DNA from: a marine bacterium B5-7
GTDB lineage: Bacteria; Pseudomonadota; Gammaproteobacteria; Arenicellales; CAJQKF01
NCBI GenBank assembly: GCA_021604525.1
Contig: BQJD01000017.1
Coordinates: forward strand, 11,231-75,230
Length of the DNA: 64,000 bases
Direction: 5' to 3'
Made by a program: the position numbers and the translations under genes
Shown here: positions 1-9,487 of the stretch, one piece after another
Layout: each line of letters opens with the position of its first letter
How positions within the stretch are numbered: position 1 is the stretch's first letter
Notes under the pieces: model-generated
What the model saw: the letters and a program-made list of their open reading frames with translations, nothing else
Told to the model about the DNA's origin: nothing
Database searches by the model: none

Positions 1-1599
1 GTCAGTAACAATGGTGGCAGGGGTAAATCCACCAGCGTGTTCATGCGCGGTACCGAATCGGATCACGTGCTGGTTCTGATTGATGGAATCAAGGTGGGCT
101 CGGCGACACTTGGCACCACGCCTTTTCAGGATCTGCCGATCGATGAGGTCGAGCGAGTCGAGATTGTTCGCGGGCCGCGTGCGCAACTTTATGGTTCCGA
201 GGCAATCGGCGGTGTCATCCAGATCTTCACTCGTCGCGGTGGTGGAGAGCTGACCCCTTCGGTGAGTTTTGGTGGCGGTAGTTACGGTACGGTTGAAGGA
301 TCACTGGGTCTGTCGGGTGGTGGTAACGACGCCTGGTTCAACATCCATTTGAGCGGTGAAGACACCGACGGCTTCAATGCCTGTAACGGTGAGCCGGGGG
401 TCGGTGGATGTTTTGCCAATGAGCCCGATGACGACGGTTATAGTAATACTGCCGGCAGTGTTCGCGCCGGATACCATTTTGGAAACGGTACTGAGTTGGA
501 TTTCCACTGGTTGCAGTCCGACAGTGAATCCGAGTTCGACGGCGCCTTCCAGAACGAAGGGGAAAGCACCCAGGAAGTTCTTGGCTCGAGCCTTCGCCTG
601 ATGCCCACCGACAACAGCCTGGTCACAGTGAATCTGGGAGTTTCTGAAGATCGCACCGAGAATTTCAAGGATGGCGTATTCGCCAGCCGTTTCGATACCG
701 ACCGGGATAGCGCCAGTTTGCAGGGTGATTATTTCGGTGCATCTGACAGTATTTTCAGTCTCGGACTCGACTACATCGATGACAACGTTTCAGGCTCAAC
801 GGATTTCGAGGTGACCAGTCGCGATAATACGGGTGTATTCGCACAGTATCAGGCAAGCATAGCCAGGACAGATGTGTTGTTGGGACTTCGTCACGATGAC
901 AACGAACAGTTTGGCGGAAATACCACCGGTGGCATCACGCTCGGCCGCGCCACGGATAATGGTGTGCGTTATACGTTTTCCTATGCTACGGCGTTCAAGG
1001 CACCGAGTTTCAATGAGCTGTATTTTCCGGGGTTCGGTAATCCGGATCTTGGTCCCGAGGAATCGGACAGTATCGAATTCGGCATCACAGGAGTTGGTGG
1101 TCGTTGGTCGGTGAACCTTTTTCAGACCGATATCAACGATCTGATCAGCTTTGACGCGGCTGCCTCAAAACCGGTCAATGTCGACGAGGCGCGAATTCGC
1201 GGAGTCGAGTTGGTCACCAACATCAGTTTGCATGAATGGAACATCATCGCCGCCCTGACCTTGCTCGATCCCGAAAGTCGTGCTGCCGCAACACGCGGTA
1301 ATCAATTGCCACGTCGCGCGAAGGAATCGCTGCGCATCGATGCTGATCGTGACTATGGCCGATATAGTGCCGGCGCCACTGTACATGCCGAAGGTCGCAA
1401 GTACGACAATCTTGGAAATACCCTCGAAATCGACAGCTACATCACGCTGGATCTGCGTGCGGCAATGGACATTGCGTCTGGCTGGTCCGCCGAGCTCAGC
1501 GTCGTCAATGTTTTCGATGAAGATTATGAAACAGCGGCGTTTTACAATCAGCCCGGTCGCAGTGCCTACCTGATGTTTCGCTATCGTCCTGAGCGCTGA
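1..1599 (+). CDS. btuB: TonB-dependent cobalamin (vitamin B12) outer-membrane receptor, 5-prime end cut by window edge
   Basis: Frame 1 is open from nt 1 (VSNNGGRGKSTSVFMRGTES...). Plug-domain motifs FMRGTESDHVLVLIDGIKVG and VEIVRGPRAQLYGSEAIGGVIQIFTRRG, followed by a long Gly/Asp/Tyr-rich barrel. The stop overlaps the cobU start (TGATG at 1597-1601). Confidence 0.85.
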   Translation, partial: VSNNGGRGKSTSVFMRGTESDHVLVLIDGIKVGSATLGTTPFQDLPIDEVERVEIVRGPRAQLYGSEAIGGVIQIFTRRGGGELTPSVSFGGGSYGTVEGSLGLSGGGNDAWFNIHLSGEDTDGFNACNGEPGVGGCFANEPDDDGYSNTAGSVRAGYHFGNGTELDFHWLQSDSESEFDGAFQNEGESTQEVLGSSLRLMPTDNSLVTVNLGVSEDRTENFKDGVFASRFDTDRDSASLQGDYFGASDSIFSLGLDYIDDNVSGSTDFEVTSRDNTGVFAQYQASIARTDVLLGLRHDDNEQFGGNTTGGITLGRATDNGVRYTFSYATAFKAPSFNELYFPGFGNPDLGPEESDSIEFGITGVGGRWSVNLFQTDINDLISFDAAASKPVNVDEARIRGVELVTNISLHEWNIIAALTLLDPESRAAATRGNQLPRRAKESLRIDADRDYGRYSAGATVHAEGRKYDNLGNTLEIDSYITLDLRAAMDIASGWSAELSVVNVFDEDYETAAFYNQPGRSAYLMFRYRPER

Positions 1600-2147
1600 T
1601 GACTTTGCAGGAGACCAGTGCCAGACACGAGTTGATATTAGGCGGCATCAAGTCCGGCAAGAGTCAGTTTGGCGCCTCGCTTGCCGAAGCCAGCGGTCTT
1701 GAGGTGGTCTTCATTGCGACCGGCACGGCCGGGGATGAGGAAATGCGACAGCGGATCGAAAGGCATCGCGCAGAGCGACCCGCTCATTGGCTATCGGTTG
1801 AGGAACCGCTTCACCTGGCCCGCGAACTGTCTCGCCTGGCCAGCGATGACCGATGCCTGCTGGTCGACTGTCTCACTTTGTGGCTAACGAATCTGTTGCT
1901 TGATGATGACGATACAACGTTGTTGAAAGAGGTCGACGCGCTGCTCGATCTGCTACCGATCCTGCCCGGTAAAATAATCATGATTTCCAATGAGACAAGT
2001 ATGGGCGTAGTGCCTGCTACCCCGTTGTCGCGACGTTTCTGTGATGAGGCCGGGTTACTTCATCAGCAAATTGCCCGTCTGTGCGATCGGGTAATTCTGG
2101 TTACTGCCGGCCTGCCACTAATACTAAAAGGCGAGATATCACAATGA
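1599..2147 (+). CDS. cobU: adenosylcobinamide kinase / adenosylcobinamide-phosphate guanylyltransferase
   Basis: P-loop ILGGIKSGKS. Size of about 180 aa fits CobU/CobP. Sits between btuB and cobT with overlapping stop/start codons on both sides. Confidence 0.85.
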   Translation: MTLQETSARHELILGGIKSGKSQFGASLAEASGLEVVFIATGTAGDEEMRQRIERHRAERPAHWLSVEEPLHLARELSRLASDDRCLLVDCLTLWLTNLLLDDDDTTLLKEVDALLDLLPILPGKIIMISNETSMGVVPATPLSRRFCDEAGLLHQQIARLCDRVILVTAGLPLILKGEISQ

Positions 2148-3232
2148 ATGTCGACCCGTTTCTCGACACGTCAATAGAATGGATCGACAATCCGCTTGAA
2201 CCAATTGACGAAGACCGAATGACCAAGGCGCGGGCACGTCAAAACAGCCTGACCAAACCGCCCGGCTCACTTGGCATGCTTGAAACGATTGCCATCCGTC
2301 TTGCCGGAATGCAAGGGCTTGAAGCACCGGATATAAAGAAGCCAGCGATCACCGTGTTCGCCGCCGACCATGGGGTCGCCCGTCATGGGGTATCGGCTTT
2401 CCCTCAGTCCGTGACGGCCGAGATGGTCCGTAATTTCTCGGCCGGTGGCGCGGCGATTTCCGTATTGGCGCGATCGATCGGTGCGCGTCTTGAGGTCGTC
2501 AATGTTGGCACGATGGTTGCGCTTGAAGCCATGAACGGTGTTGTCGATCAACGGATTGCGGCTGGGACGGCCGACATGATGACAAATGAATCCATGAGCG
2601 AAGCGCAGTTCGCTGCTGCGTTGAATTCAGGACGGGCAGCAGTAGAGCGTGCCCATGACGCCGGCGCGGATCTTTTTATCGGTGGCGATATGGGGATCGC
2701 CAACACCACGTCGGCAACCGCAATTGCCTGCGCGCTGCTTGACCTGCCGGCAGGTGATTTGTCTGGTCCCGGCACCGGTTTGAATGCTGATGGTGTTCGT
2801 CATAAGGCAACAGTGATTACCCGCGCATTGGTTCGTCATCGCGAGCTACTCAAAGACCCGTTTGACGCATTACGTTGTTTGGGTGGATTCGAAATTGCTG
2901 CGCTGGCCGGTGCCTGGATACGCTGCGCTCAAGTGCGCATGCCCATGGTGATTGACGGCTTTATCAGTTCTGTCGCGGCCCTGGTTGTCAACACGCGCAA
3001 TCCGGATATTGGGGCCAGAATGTTCCACTCTCACCGTTCGGCCGAGCCGGGACATCGCAAGGTACTCGAAGCGATGTGCGTTACACCTCTCGTCGATTTC
3101 GGCATGCGCTTGGGTGAAGGTAGCGGTGCGGCCGTTGTCGTACCGCTCATGCGATTGGCATGCGAGTTACATAATCACATGGCTACGTTTTCGCAAGCGG
3201 GTGTATCCGACGGCAGCAATGACTCAACCTGA
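2144..3232 (+). CDS. cobT: nicotinate-nucleotide--dimethylbenzimidazole phosphoribosyltransferase
   Basis: Motifs LTKPPGSLGMLE, FAADHGV, GGDMGIANTT and GEGSGAA. I place the start at ATG 2144 (ATGA overlap with the cobU stop). The ORF-track start at 2081 lies inside cobU. Confidence 0.9.
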   Translation: MNVDPFLDTSIEWIDNPLEPIDEDRMTKARARQNSLTKPPGSLGMLETIAIRLAGMQGLEAPDIKKPAITVFAADHGVARHGVSAFPQSVTAEMVRNFSAGGAAISVLARSIGARLEVVNVGTMVALEAMNGVVDQRIAAGTADMMTNESMSEAQFAAALNSGRAAVERAHDAGADLFIGGDMGIANTTSATAIACALLDLPAGDLSGPGTGLNADGVRHKATVITRALVRHRELLKDPFDALRCLGGFEIAALAGAWIRCAQVRMPMVIDGFISSVAALVVNTRNPDIGARMFHSHRSAEPGHRKVLEAMCVTPLVDFGMRLGEGSGAAVVVPLMRLACELHNHMATFSQAGVSDGSNDST

Positions 3233-3770
3233 ACGATATCTGATGCGGCATGGCGAGACACAAAGTGGAAACGTCTTTCGCGGTAGTCTCGACGATGAGC
3301 TGACCACGCGAGGCTGGCAGCGTATGTGGGCCAGCGTAGCTGCATTGCCACAGTCCGATTGGGTGATCACCTCGCCACTATCGCGCTGCCGATTGTTTGC
3401 CGAAGCCTACGGCAGGCAGCATGGTATCGATGTTGAAATTGAGCCTTTGCTTGGAGAGCTTGATTTTGGCGAGTGGGAAGGGCGTTCATCAGCCGATATT
3501 TATGAAGATGATCCATTGTTACTGGAAGCCTTCTGGAACGACCCGCGCCAGCAAGCTCCACCGGGTGGTGAAGCGTTTGCGGATTTTGAACGACGTGTGT
3601 TGACAGCCTGGCATAAGATTCGTAATCGAACCGGGGAAAGAATACTGGTGGTTACCCATGCCGGCCCCATCCGCGTGATCACATTGAATGAGCGTGGCCT
3701 GCCGTTCGAGTCGCTACTTCAACTACCCATTGGACATGGGTCTGTTCACCACTTCAAAATAGTTGACTAA
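3219..3770 (+). CDS. cobC: alpha-ribazole phosphatase (histidine phosphatase family)
   Basis: RHG catalytic motif (YLMRHGETQ) and VVTHAGPIR. Follows cobT with a 14-nt overlap. The ORF-track start at 2952 is an out-of-frame extension through cobT. Confidence 0.75.
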   Translation: MTQPERYLMRHGETQSGNVFRGSLDDELTTRGWQRMWASVAALPQSDWVITSPLSRCRLFAEAYGRQHGIDVEIEPLLGELDFGEWEGRSSADIYEDDPLLLEAFWNDPRQQAPPGGEAFADFERRVLTAWHKIRNRTGERILVVTHAGPIRVITLNERGLPFESLLQLPIGHGSVHHFKIVD

Positions 3771-4056
3771 TTGTCGTCGATTGTTAGTGTGCGGATTCTA
3801 CTGCGCGATTATTACTGGCTGATAATACCGATAGTCGGTTTGTGTCTGTCGATGGACGGTGGTCGCTCGTGGATTCGTCGGCCAGGTAACCAAGTCGTAA
3901 TAATAAAAAGCCTTCAGCGAGTCGATTCAAGCACTTAAAGACCCTACTATGATTAACAGGCTTAGCTACAATTAATCGTTCGTCAACAGGGAAGGACTTC
4001 GTTTTTAGGTCGGACGATCTGATTATTTACATCACATAACATCAAGAGGAACAACA

Positions 4057-4752
4057 ATGAAAGTCATCAATCATGTAGCCAATGCAGGTATTGCTGTCGC
4101 GTTACTCGTCGCGCAGACATCGGCGTTTGCGGCCGAGGACGTATCCAAAACGTCGCTACAGGAACTCGTCGATGAATCGGCCCAGGTGGTAACCGATTTT
4201 ACCAACGCGCCGAAAATGGATACCTTTCGCGAACTCGCCAAAAAGGCCAAGGGTGTCTTCATCTCACCGAAAGTCACCACCTTGGGCTTCGTGGTTGCCG
4301 GTTCCTCAGGTAAAGGCCTCGTGATGCTGCGTGACGACGGTAACGAATGGGGCCAACCGGCATTTTATCGTTATAAGGAGGGCAGTGTGGGTCTGCAGGC
4401 AGGCGGCAAGCAGGCTGCCGTGATCTTGTTGCTTATGACCGATAAGGGCGTTGAGGCTATGCTCCAGGACAAGATCAAGTTAGGCGCCGGCTTGTCGGTG
4501 GCTGCTGGTCCCATTGGCGGCGGCACTACCCAGAGCATGAAGACCGAAGCTGACATTATCTCCTACACCATGAGCGAAGGCTTATTCGCCGGTGTCGCTC
4601 TGTCCGGTGGGCAAATGAGCTACCGCAATGGCTGGAATAACGAGTACTACGACGGTACGGTAGCGGGTGTGGAGTCGATCCTGAAATCCAACGCTCATAG
4701 CGATCCGGGAACCGCCGCGCTGCGTGAAGCCATGGGCAAACTCGGGATGTAA
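4057..4752 (+). CDS. exported SYLF (Ysc84/DUF500) lipid-binding domain protein
   Basis: Signal peptide MKVINHVANAGIAVALLVAQTSAFA-AE. SYLF-like core GFVVAGSSGKGLVMLRDDGNEWGQPAFY...GLQAGGKQ...GAGLSVAAGPIGGG. AAGAGGA ribosome-binding site upstream. Confidence 0.7.
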   Translation: MKVINHVANAGIAVALLVAQTSAFAAEDVSKTSLQELVDESAQVVTDFTNAPKMDTFRELAKKAKGVFISPKVTTLGFVVAGSSGKGLVMLRDDGNEWGQPAFYRYKEGSVGLQAGGKQAAVILLLMTDKGVEAMLQDKIKLGAGLSVAAGPIGGGTTQSMKTEADIISYTMSEGLFAGVALSGGQMSYRNGWNNEYYDGTVAGVESILKSNAHSDPGTAALREAMGKLGM

Positions 4753-4775
4753 TTTCCAGGGTTGTTAGCCTACGC

Positions 4776-4808
4776 AAAGCCCGGCCATCGTGCCGGGCTT
4801 TGTCGTTC
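4776..4808 (+). terminator. Rho-independent terminator after the SYLF gene
   Basis: Perfect 10-bp stem AAAGCCCGGC (4776-4785) / GCCGGGCTTT (4792-4801) with a 6-nt loop, followed by a T-rich tail. Confidence 0.55.
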
Positions 4809-4963
4809 AATGTTGATGAACATCCACTATCCCGAATAGATGGGGTAATGAATTTGATGACGAATCCTTTTAAGGAAATCGTGCGCATGGGATGCGATCG
4901 TAGTCACGGACGTATAGAATCAACCCGGATTGCAAGTTACCCAAAAGCCTAAGGACACGATAC

Positions 4964-7393
4964 GTGGAAGATTACGAAAAGCTTGGCGCCTTTTATCTCG
5001 GTAAATCGTTCGATTTAAAGGCCAACCGCAGCAACGACGATCTTATCCTCTATGATTCCAAAGATCTGACGACTCATGCCGTGATTATCGGCATGACTGG
5101 CAGCGGTAAAACGGGGCTTGGTATCAGCCTCATCGAAGAAGCGGCGATAGACAAGATTCCAGTGATTGCTATCGATCCGAAAGGCGATCTTGGTAATTGC
5201 CTGTTAAATTTTCCCGAACTTGCTGCCGATGATTTCAAGCCATGGGTCGATCCCAGGGAAGCCGCCAGAAAGGGTATGTCAGCGGACGACTATGCCGCTG
5301 ACCAGGCAATGACATGGGAGAAGGGTCTGGCACAGTGGGACCAGGACAAATCACGCATCAAGCGTCTCGCCGACAGTGTCGATATGGCGATCTATACACC
5401 CGGCAGCAATGCCGGCATACCGATATCTGTACTCAAGTCGTTCGACGCGCCGCCAGCCATCGTGCGTGAAGATTCAGACCTTTACCGTGAACGTATTCAG
5501 TCCACCGCCACCAGTATTCTCGCGCTTCTCGATATCGACGCCGATCCGCTGACCAGTCGTGAACACATTTTATTATCGAACATTCTGAAGCACGCCTTTG
5601 ATAGTGACAAAAACCTCGACATCGCGACCCTGATTACTGAGATTCAGAATCCGCCACTGGAGCGAATCGGCGTGGTTGACCTCGATTCATTCTTCCCGCC
5701 CAAGGATCGCTTTGCCCTGGCCATGCGCCTGAACAACCTGTTGGCAGCGCCGGGCTTTGATGTATGGATGCGCGGTGTGTCATTGAGTGCTGAGAGCCTG
5801 TTCCATACAACCGATGGCAAGCCACGGCTATCGGTCATGTCCATTGCTCATCTGGCCGACAGCGAGCGAATGTTTTTCGTGACCATGCTGCTCAATGAGA
5901 TTGTCAGTTGGATGCGGCGTCAGCCCGGCACTGGGAGTTTACGGGCGATCCTTTATATGGACGAGATCTTTGGCTATATGCCGCCAAGTGCCAATCCGCC
6001 TACCAAGATGCTCTTCCTGACGTTATTAAAACAGGCCAGGGCATATGGTCTCGGGCTTGTACTGGCAACCCAGAATCCGGTCGACCTCGACTACAAGGGG
6101 TTATCCAATACCGGTACCTGGTTTATTGGACGTCTGCAGACCGAACGTGACAAGGCGCGAGTGATGGAAGGACTCGAGGGCGCTGCTGCCGGCGGTGAGT
6201 TCGATCGTTCACGGATGGAGCAGATTCTCGCCGGACTCGGCAAACGTCGGTTCCTTTTGCATAACGTGCATGACAATGCGCCGGTCGTTTTCAGCACCCG
6301 CTGGGTGTTATCGTACCTGGCGGGCCCGCTTACCCGTGACCAGATAAAAATGCTGATGGCCGATCGCAAAACGATCGAAGAATCTGCGGCCGCGCAAGAT
6401 GAAACCAAACCAGTCAAAGCGCCGCCGGCATCCAGTGGGTCGGCATCGTCCAAGCCGCCGGTGCTGCCACCGAAACTGCGTCAATACTTCCTGCCGTTGA
6501 CCACTTCGCCAGAGGATGGTGATACGGTTGTTTACTATCCGAAACTGATTGGCGCTGCCACGGTGCCCTATCAAAGCGCACGTTACAAAATCAATAGCGA
6601 GCGGAATATCGTTTGCCTGACCGAGTTCGACGACGGCCCCGTCGGCATTGATTGGTCCGAGTCCGAACCGGCTGAAGTAGCGGTTACAGACCTTGACAAG
6701 AAAGGCCGCGATGGCGCTGAGTATGCTCCGCTGCCCGCGCTTGCAAGCAAGGCGACTTCATATACAAAATGGGAGCGCAACTTCAAGCGCTGGGTCAGGA
6801 CCGACTGTGCGTTGACCGTTTTTTATAGCCCGACTTATAAACTCGTATCGGAACCTGAAGAAACCGAGGGCGCATTTCGAGTTCGTTTACAGCAGGCCGC
6901 CCACGAGGTGCGTGATATCAACGTTGGTAAACTGCGCACGCGTTATGAGTCGAAGTTGAATACGTTAGAGAATCGACTTCAGCGCGCACGCCAGAAAGTC
7001 GCTACTGAATCCGAACAGTCATCACAAAGCAAACTTGATACGGCGGTATCGTTCGGTACGGCGATACTCGGTGCATTTTTAGGTCGCGGACGTTCCCGCA
7101 CAACCGGTGTCGGTGGCGCCATCAAAAAAGCCGGACGGATGCAGAAGCAATCCGCCGATGTGGAGCGCGCCGAGGCCATTGCCAAATCGGTTCAGGAGGA
7201 CATCGACGCTCTCAATCTTTCGTTCGATGAGGATGTCGCCAAGCTTGAAGAAACATTCGATGCGCAAAATGAGTCGCTCGAAGAACGTGTGATCCGCGCA
7301 AAGTCGACCGACATTCAGATACAGGTGGTCAGTCTTGCCTGGGCGCCGGTTATTCGAAGCTCCGATGGCAGCTCCGTATCTGCATGGGGATAA
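4964..7393 (+). CDS. HerA/FtsK-superfamily (DUF87-like) P-loop ATPase with an uncharacterised C-terminal half
   Basis: GTG start. Walker A GMTGSGKTG (aa 43-51), Walker B-like AILYMDE, and the LVLATQNPVDLD box. The C-terminal ~340 aa has a Pro/Ser linker, coiled-coil-like helices and a Gly-rich hydrophobic patch. Confidence 0.7.
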   Translation: MEDYEKLGAFYLGKSFDLKANRSNDDLILYDSKDLTTHAVIIGMTGSGKTGLGISLIEEAAIDKIPVIAIDPKGDLGNCLLNFPELAADDFKPWVDPREAARKGMSADDYAADQAMTWEKGLAQWDQDKSRIKRLADSVDMAIYTPGSNAGIPISVLKSFDAPPAIVREDSDLYRERIQSTATSILALLDIDADPLTSREHILLSNILKHAFDSDKNLDIATLITEIQNPPLERIGVVDLDSFFPPKDRFALAMRLNNLLAAPGFDVWMRGVSLSAESLFHTTDGKPRLSVMSIAHLADSERMFFVTMLLNEIVSWMRRQPGTGSLRAILYMDEIFGYMPPSANPPTKMLFLTLLKQARAYGLGLVLATQNPVDLDYKGLSNTGTWFIGRLQTERDKARVMEGLEGAAAGGEFDRSRMEQILAGLGKRRFLLHNVHDNAPVVFSTRWVLSYLAGPLTRDQIKMLMADRKTIEESAAAQDETKPVKAPPASSGSASSKPPVLPPKLRQYFLPLTTSPEDGDTVVYYPKLIGAATVPYQSARYKINSERNIVCLTEFDDGPVGIDWSESEPAEVAVTDLDKKGRDGAEYAPLPALASKATSYTKWERNFKRWVRTDCALTVFYSPTYKLVSEPEETEGAFRVRLQQAAHEVRDINVGKLRTRYESKLNTLENRLQRARQKVATESEQSSQSKLDTAVSFGTAILGAFLGRGRSRTTGVGGAIKKAGRMQKQSADVERAEAIAKSVQEDIDALNLSFDEDVAKLEETFDAQNESLEERVIRAKSTDIQIQVVSLAWAPVIRSSDGSSVSAWG

Positions 7394-7467
7394 TCCCGAT
7401 TGCATTTTCTGTTCATCGGTTGTCGACATGTGATGCTAATGCGTTACATGCAGAATCATAAAGATAT

Positions 7468-8445
7468 ATGAAGCCCCGAATCACGACGGTAGGTTTCTTA
7501 TTGATCGACGGTTTCAGCATGATGTCGTTCGCATCCGCCGTTGAAGTCCTCAGGCAGGCTAACGATCAGGCTGGCACCAAGTTGTATGACTGGTTCACCA
7601 GTTCTGTCGATGCCGGTGCGATCACGTGCTCCGCAGGTATCCGCATCGATGCATCCTGCGACTTCGATTCAGCACCGTTGCCTGATTTGTTATTGGTCGT
7701 CAGCGCCACATCATCTCGTCTTGAAAACGAACAAAGTCTTCATCGTCGCCTCCGATTCCTGGCGAGTCGCGGTGTAAGACTCGGCGCGGTGACATACGGC
7801 GCGTACCTGCTCGCCCGGGCGGGACTGCTGGATGGCCATCGTTGTACCATTCACTGGGAAAGCCTTGAGGCATTTCGCGAAGCGTTTCCAGGACTCGATG
7901 TGACCGGTGATTTATTTGAGATCGATGATAATCGCTTCACCTGTTCCGGCGGCACAGCGGCGCTCGACATGATGCTGCATTTTATCGGTCGTGAACATGG
8001 TGAGGAATTTGCATCGAAAGTGGCCGACCAGTTTCTTCATCAACGAATACGCGATCGCGATGAACATCAGCGTATGCCCCTTCGTGTCCGGCTCGGCATA
8101 TCTCACCCGAAACTTCTACGCTATATCGAATTGCTTGAACTCGATACCGACATGACCCTGTCGCAACGCGAGCTGGCCGAGGAAGTCGGGCTGTCCAGTC
8201 GACAGCTTGAGCGCTTGTTTCAACGCTATCTCAATACCACGCCAAGCCGCTATACCATGGAACATCGCCTCGGTCGGGCGCGTTCCCTGTTGCGCAATAC
8301 CAGCTTGAGTATCATTGAAGTGGCGGTTGCCTGTGGTTTTACCTCGCATTCACACTTCAGTAAAAGTTATCGCGAACATTTCGGCACCACACCGAGAGAC
8401 GAGCGTACCCCGTTGATTGGTCGGCGAGCGACTATTAGCGACTAA
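7468..8445 (+). CDS. GlxA-family transcriptional regulator (DJ-1/PfpI-like domain + AraC HTH)
   Basis: N-terminal amidotransferase-like domain (VGFLLIDGFSMMSFASAVEVL) and C-terminal AraC-type HTH (IIEVAVACGFTSHSHFSKSYREHFGTTP). Confidence 0.85.
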   Translation: MKPRITTVGFLLIDGFSMMSFASAVEVLRQANDQAGTKLYDWFTSSVDAGAITCSAGIRIDASCDFDSAPLPDLLLVVSATSSRLENEQSLHRRLRFLASRGVRLGAVTYGAYLLARAGLLDGHRCTIHWESLEAFREAFPGLDVTGDLFEIDDNRFTCSGGTAALDMMLHFIGREHGEEFASKVADQFLHQRIRDRDEHQRMPLRVRLGISHPKLLRYIELLELDTDMTLSQRELAEEVGLSSRQLERLFQRYLNTTPSRYTMEHRLGRARSLLRNTSLSIIEVAVACGFTSHSHFSKSYREHFGTTPRDERTPLIGRRATISD

Positions 8446-8527
8446 TGTTGATACCAAATTACGACATGACGAAGCCCCTGTAACGTGTGCCGGGAGATAG
8501 GGTTCGATATTCTTTTTCAACGGCCAG

Positions 8528-9280
8528 TTAAGGGACACAGGTTCGTCCGCCGTCGACGTTGATGATCTGTCCCGTGATATAGCTATCCGGTTGAACCAGG
8601 AATAAAACCGTGGAGGCGATGTCGGCCGTACTGCCAGTACGGTTGAGAGGTACCCGTGCGAGCAAGCGTTGCCGGGCTGCATCGTTGAGATTTGTCTCCG
8701 GCCACAAAATTGCACCGGGAGCAATGCCGTTGACGCGCACATCCGGAGCCAGTGCCTGTGCCAGGGCGCGCGTCATGTTAACAAGGCCAGCCTTGGTGAT
8801 GGTGTAGGGGATGTGATCGGCGAGGGGCCGGTCGGCGTAGATATCAGTGATGTTGACCACAGCACCTTTGCAACGCTTCAGCTCAATTGCAAGAGCTTGT
8901 GTCAGAAAATACGGTGCCTTGAGGTTTATGTCGAGAAGCCCATCCCACTGCGATTCCGTGGTGTCGCCGAGTGGCGTTGAATGGAATTTCGAGGCATTGT
9001 TTACAAGGACATCGAGCTGTCCCCACTGACCGATTGCCTGATTTGCCAGAGAGTCGATGGTGTTGATATCGCTGATGTCGGCTGCAATGCAGCACGCGCT
9101 GCCCGGGCGGGTTGTATTCAGTTCTGCAGCGAGATAATTGGCAGCGTCGGCCGAGGTACCGTAGTGAATGAGAACGCGATGACCCGCGTTATGCAGATGG
9201 CGAACGATCTCGGCGCCGATACGACGTGCTGACCCGGTTACCAGGGCAACACGATTGTGAATGGATTCGTCTGCTGTCAT
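8528..9280 (-). CDS. short-chain dehydrogenase, pteridine reductase / FolM-like
   Basis: Rossmann motif ALVTGSARRIG, NNAS, and catalytic YxxxK (YTITKAG). Start moved to ATG 9280 (MTADES...). The ORF-track start at 9370 adds 30 non-conserved residues. Confidence 0.75.
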   Translation of the reverse strand: MTADESIHNRVALVTGSARRIGAEIVRHLHNAGHRVLIHYGTSADAANYLAAELNTTRPGSACCIAADISDINTIDSLANQAIGQWGQLDVLVNNASKFHSTPLGDTTESQWDGLLDINLKAPYFLTQALAIELKRCKGAVVNITDIYADRPLADHIPYTITKAGLVNMTRALAQALAPDVRVNGIAPGAILWPETNLNDAARQRLLARVPLNRTGSTADIASTVLFLVQPDSYITGQIINVDGGRTCVP

Positions 9281-9487
9281 TACAAAATGTCCTGGTATCT
9301 GATTTATGGGTCCGATTAATGGACGATATTTTATGCATGCGAGGCGTTGATTTTGTCCATCGAATCGCAACCATTACCTGGTGACGATGTTATCCTCCAC
9401 CCGCCTGATATCGTACCTTATAAATTTGTGCCCGTTATCAGATAGAGAATATCCGTAACCCGCCCCGAGCAAATACTGCAAATTCCG

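Noticed and set aside
1-36. Cobalamin riboswitch expected for a btuB-cob operon.
   Set aside because: The window starts inside the btuB coding frame, so any riboswitch lies upstream of nt 1. Nothing riboswitch-like was seen in 3771-4056.
2081-2143. Longer N-terminal extensions offered by the ORF track: cobT from 2081, cobC from 2952, and similar ones at 9370, 24067, 25687, 26453, 27329 and 56058.
   Set aside because: The extensions run through the preceding gene or add non-conserved residues. Internal ATG or GTG starts have ribosome-binding sites and give canonical N-termini or signal peptides.
3906-3918. The 13-mer AAAAAGCCTTCAG is shared with the inverted-repeat arm of the 51.7-kb element.
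   Set aside because: The flanks do not match. Chance 13-mer matches are expected many times over when all positions and both strands of a 64-kb window are compared.
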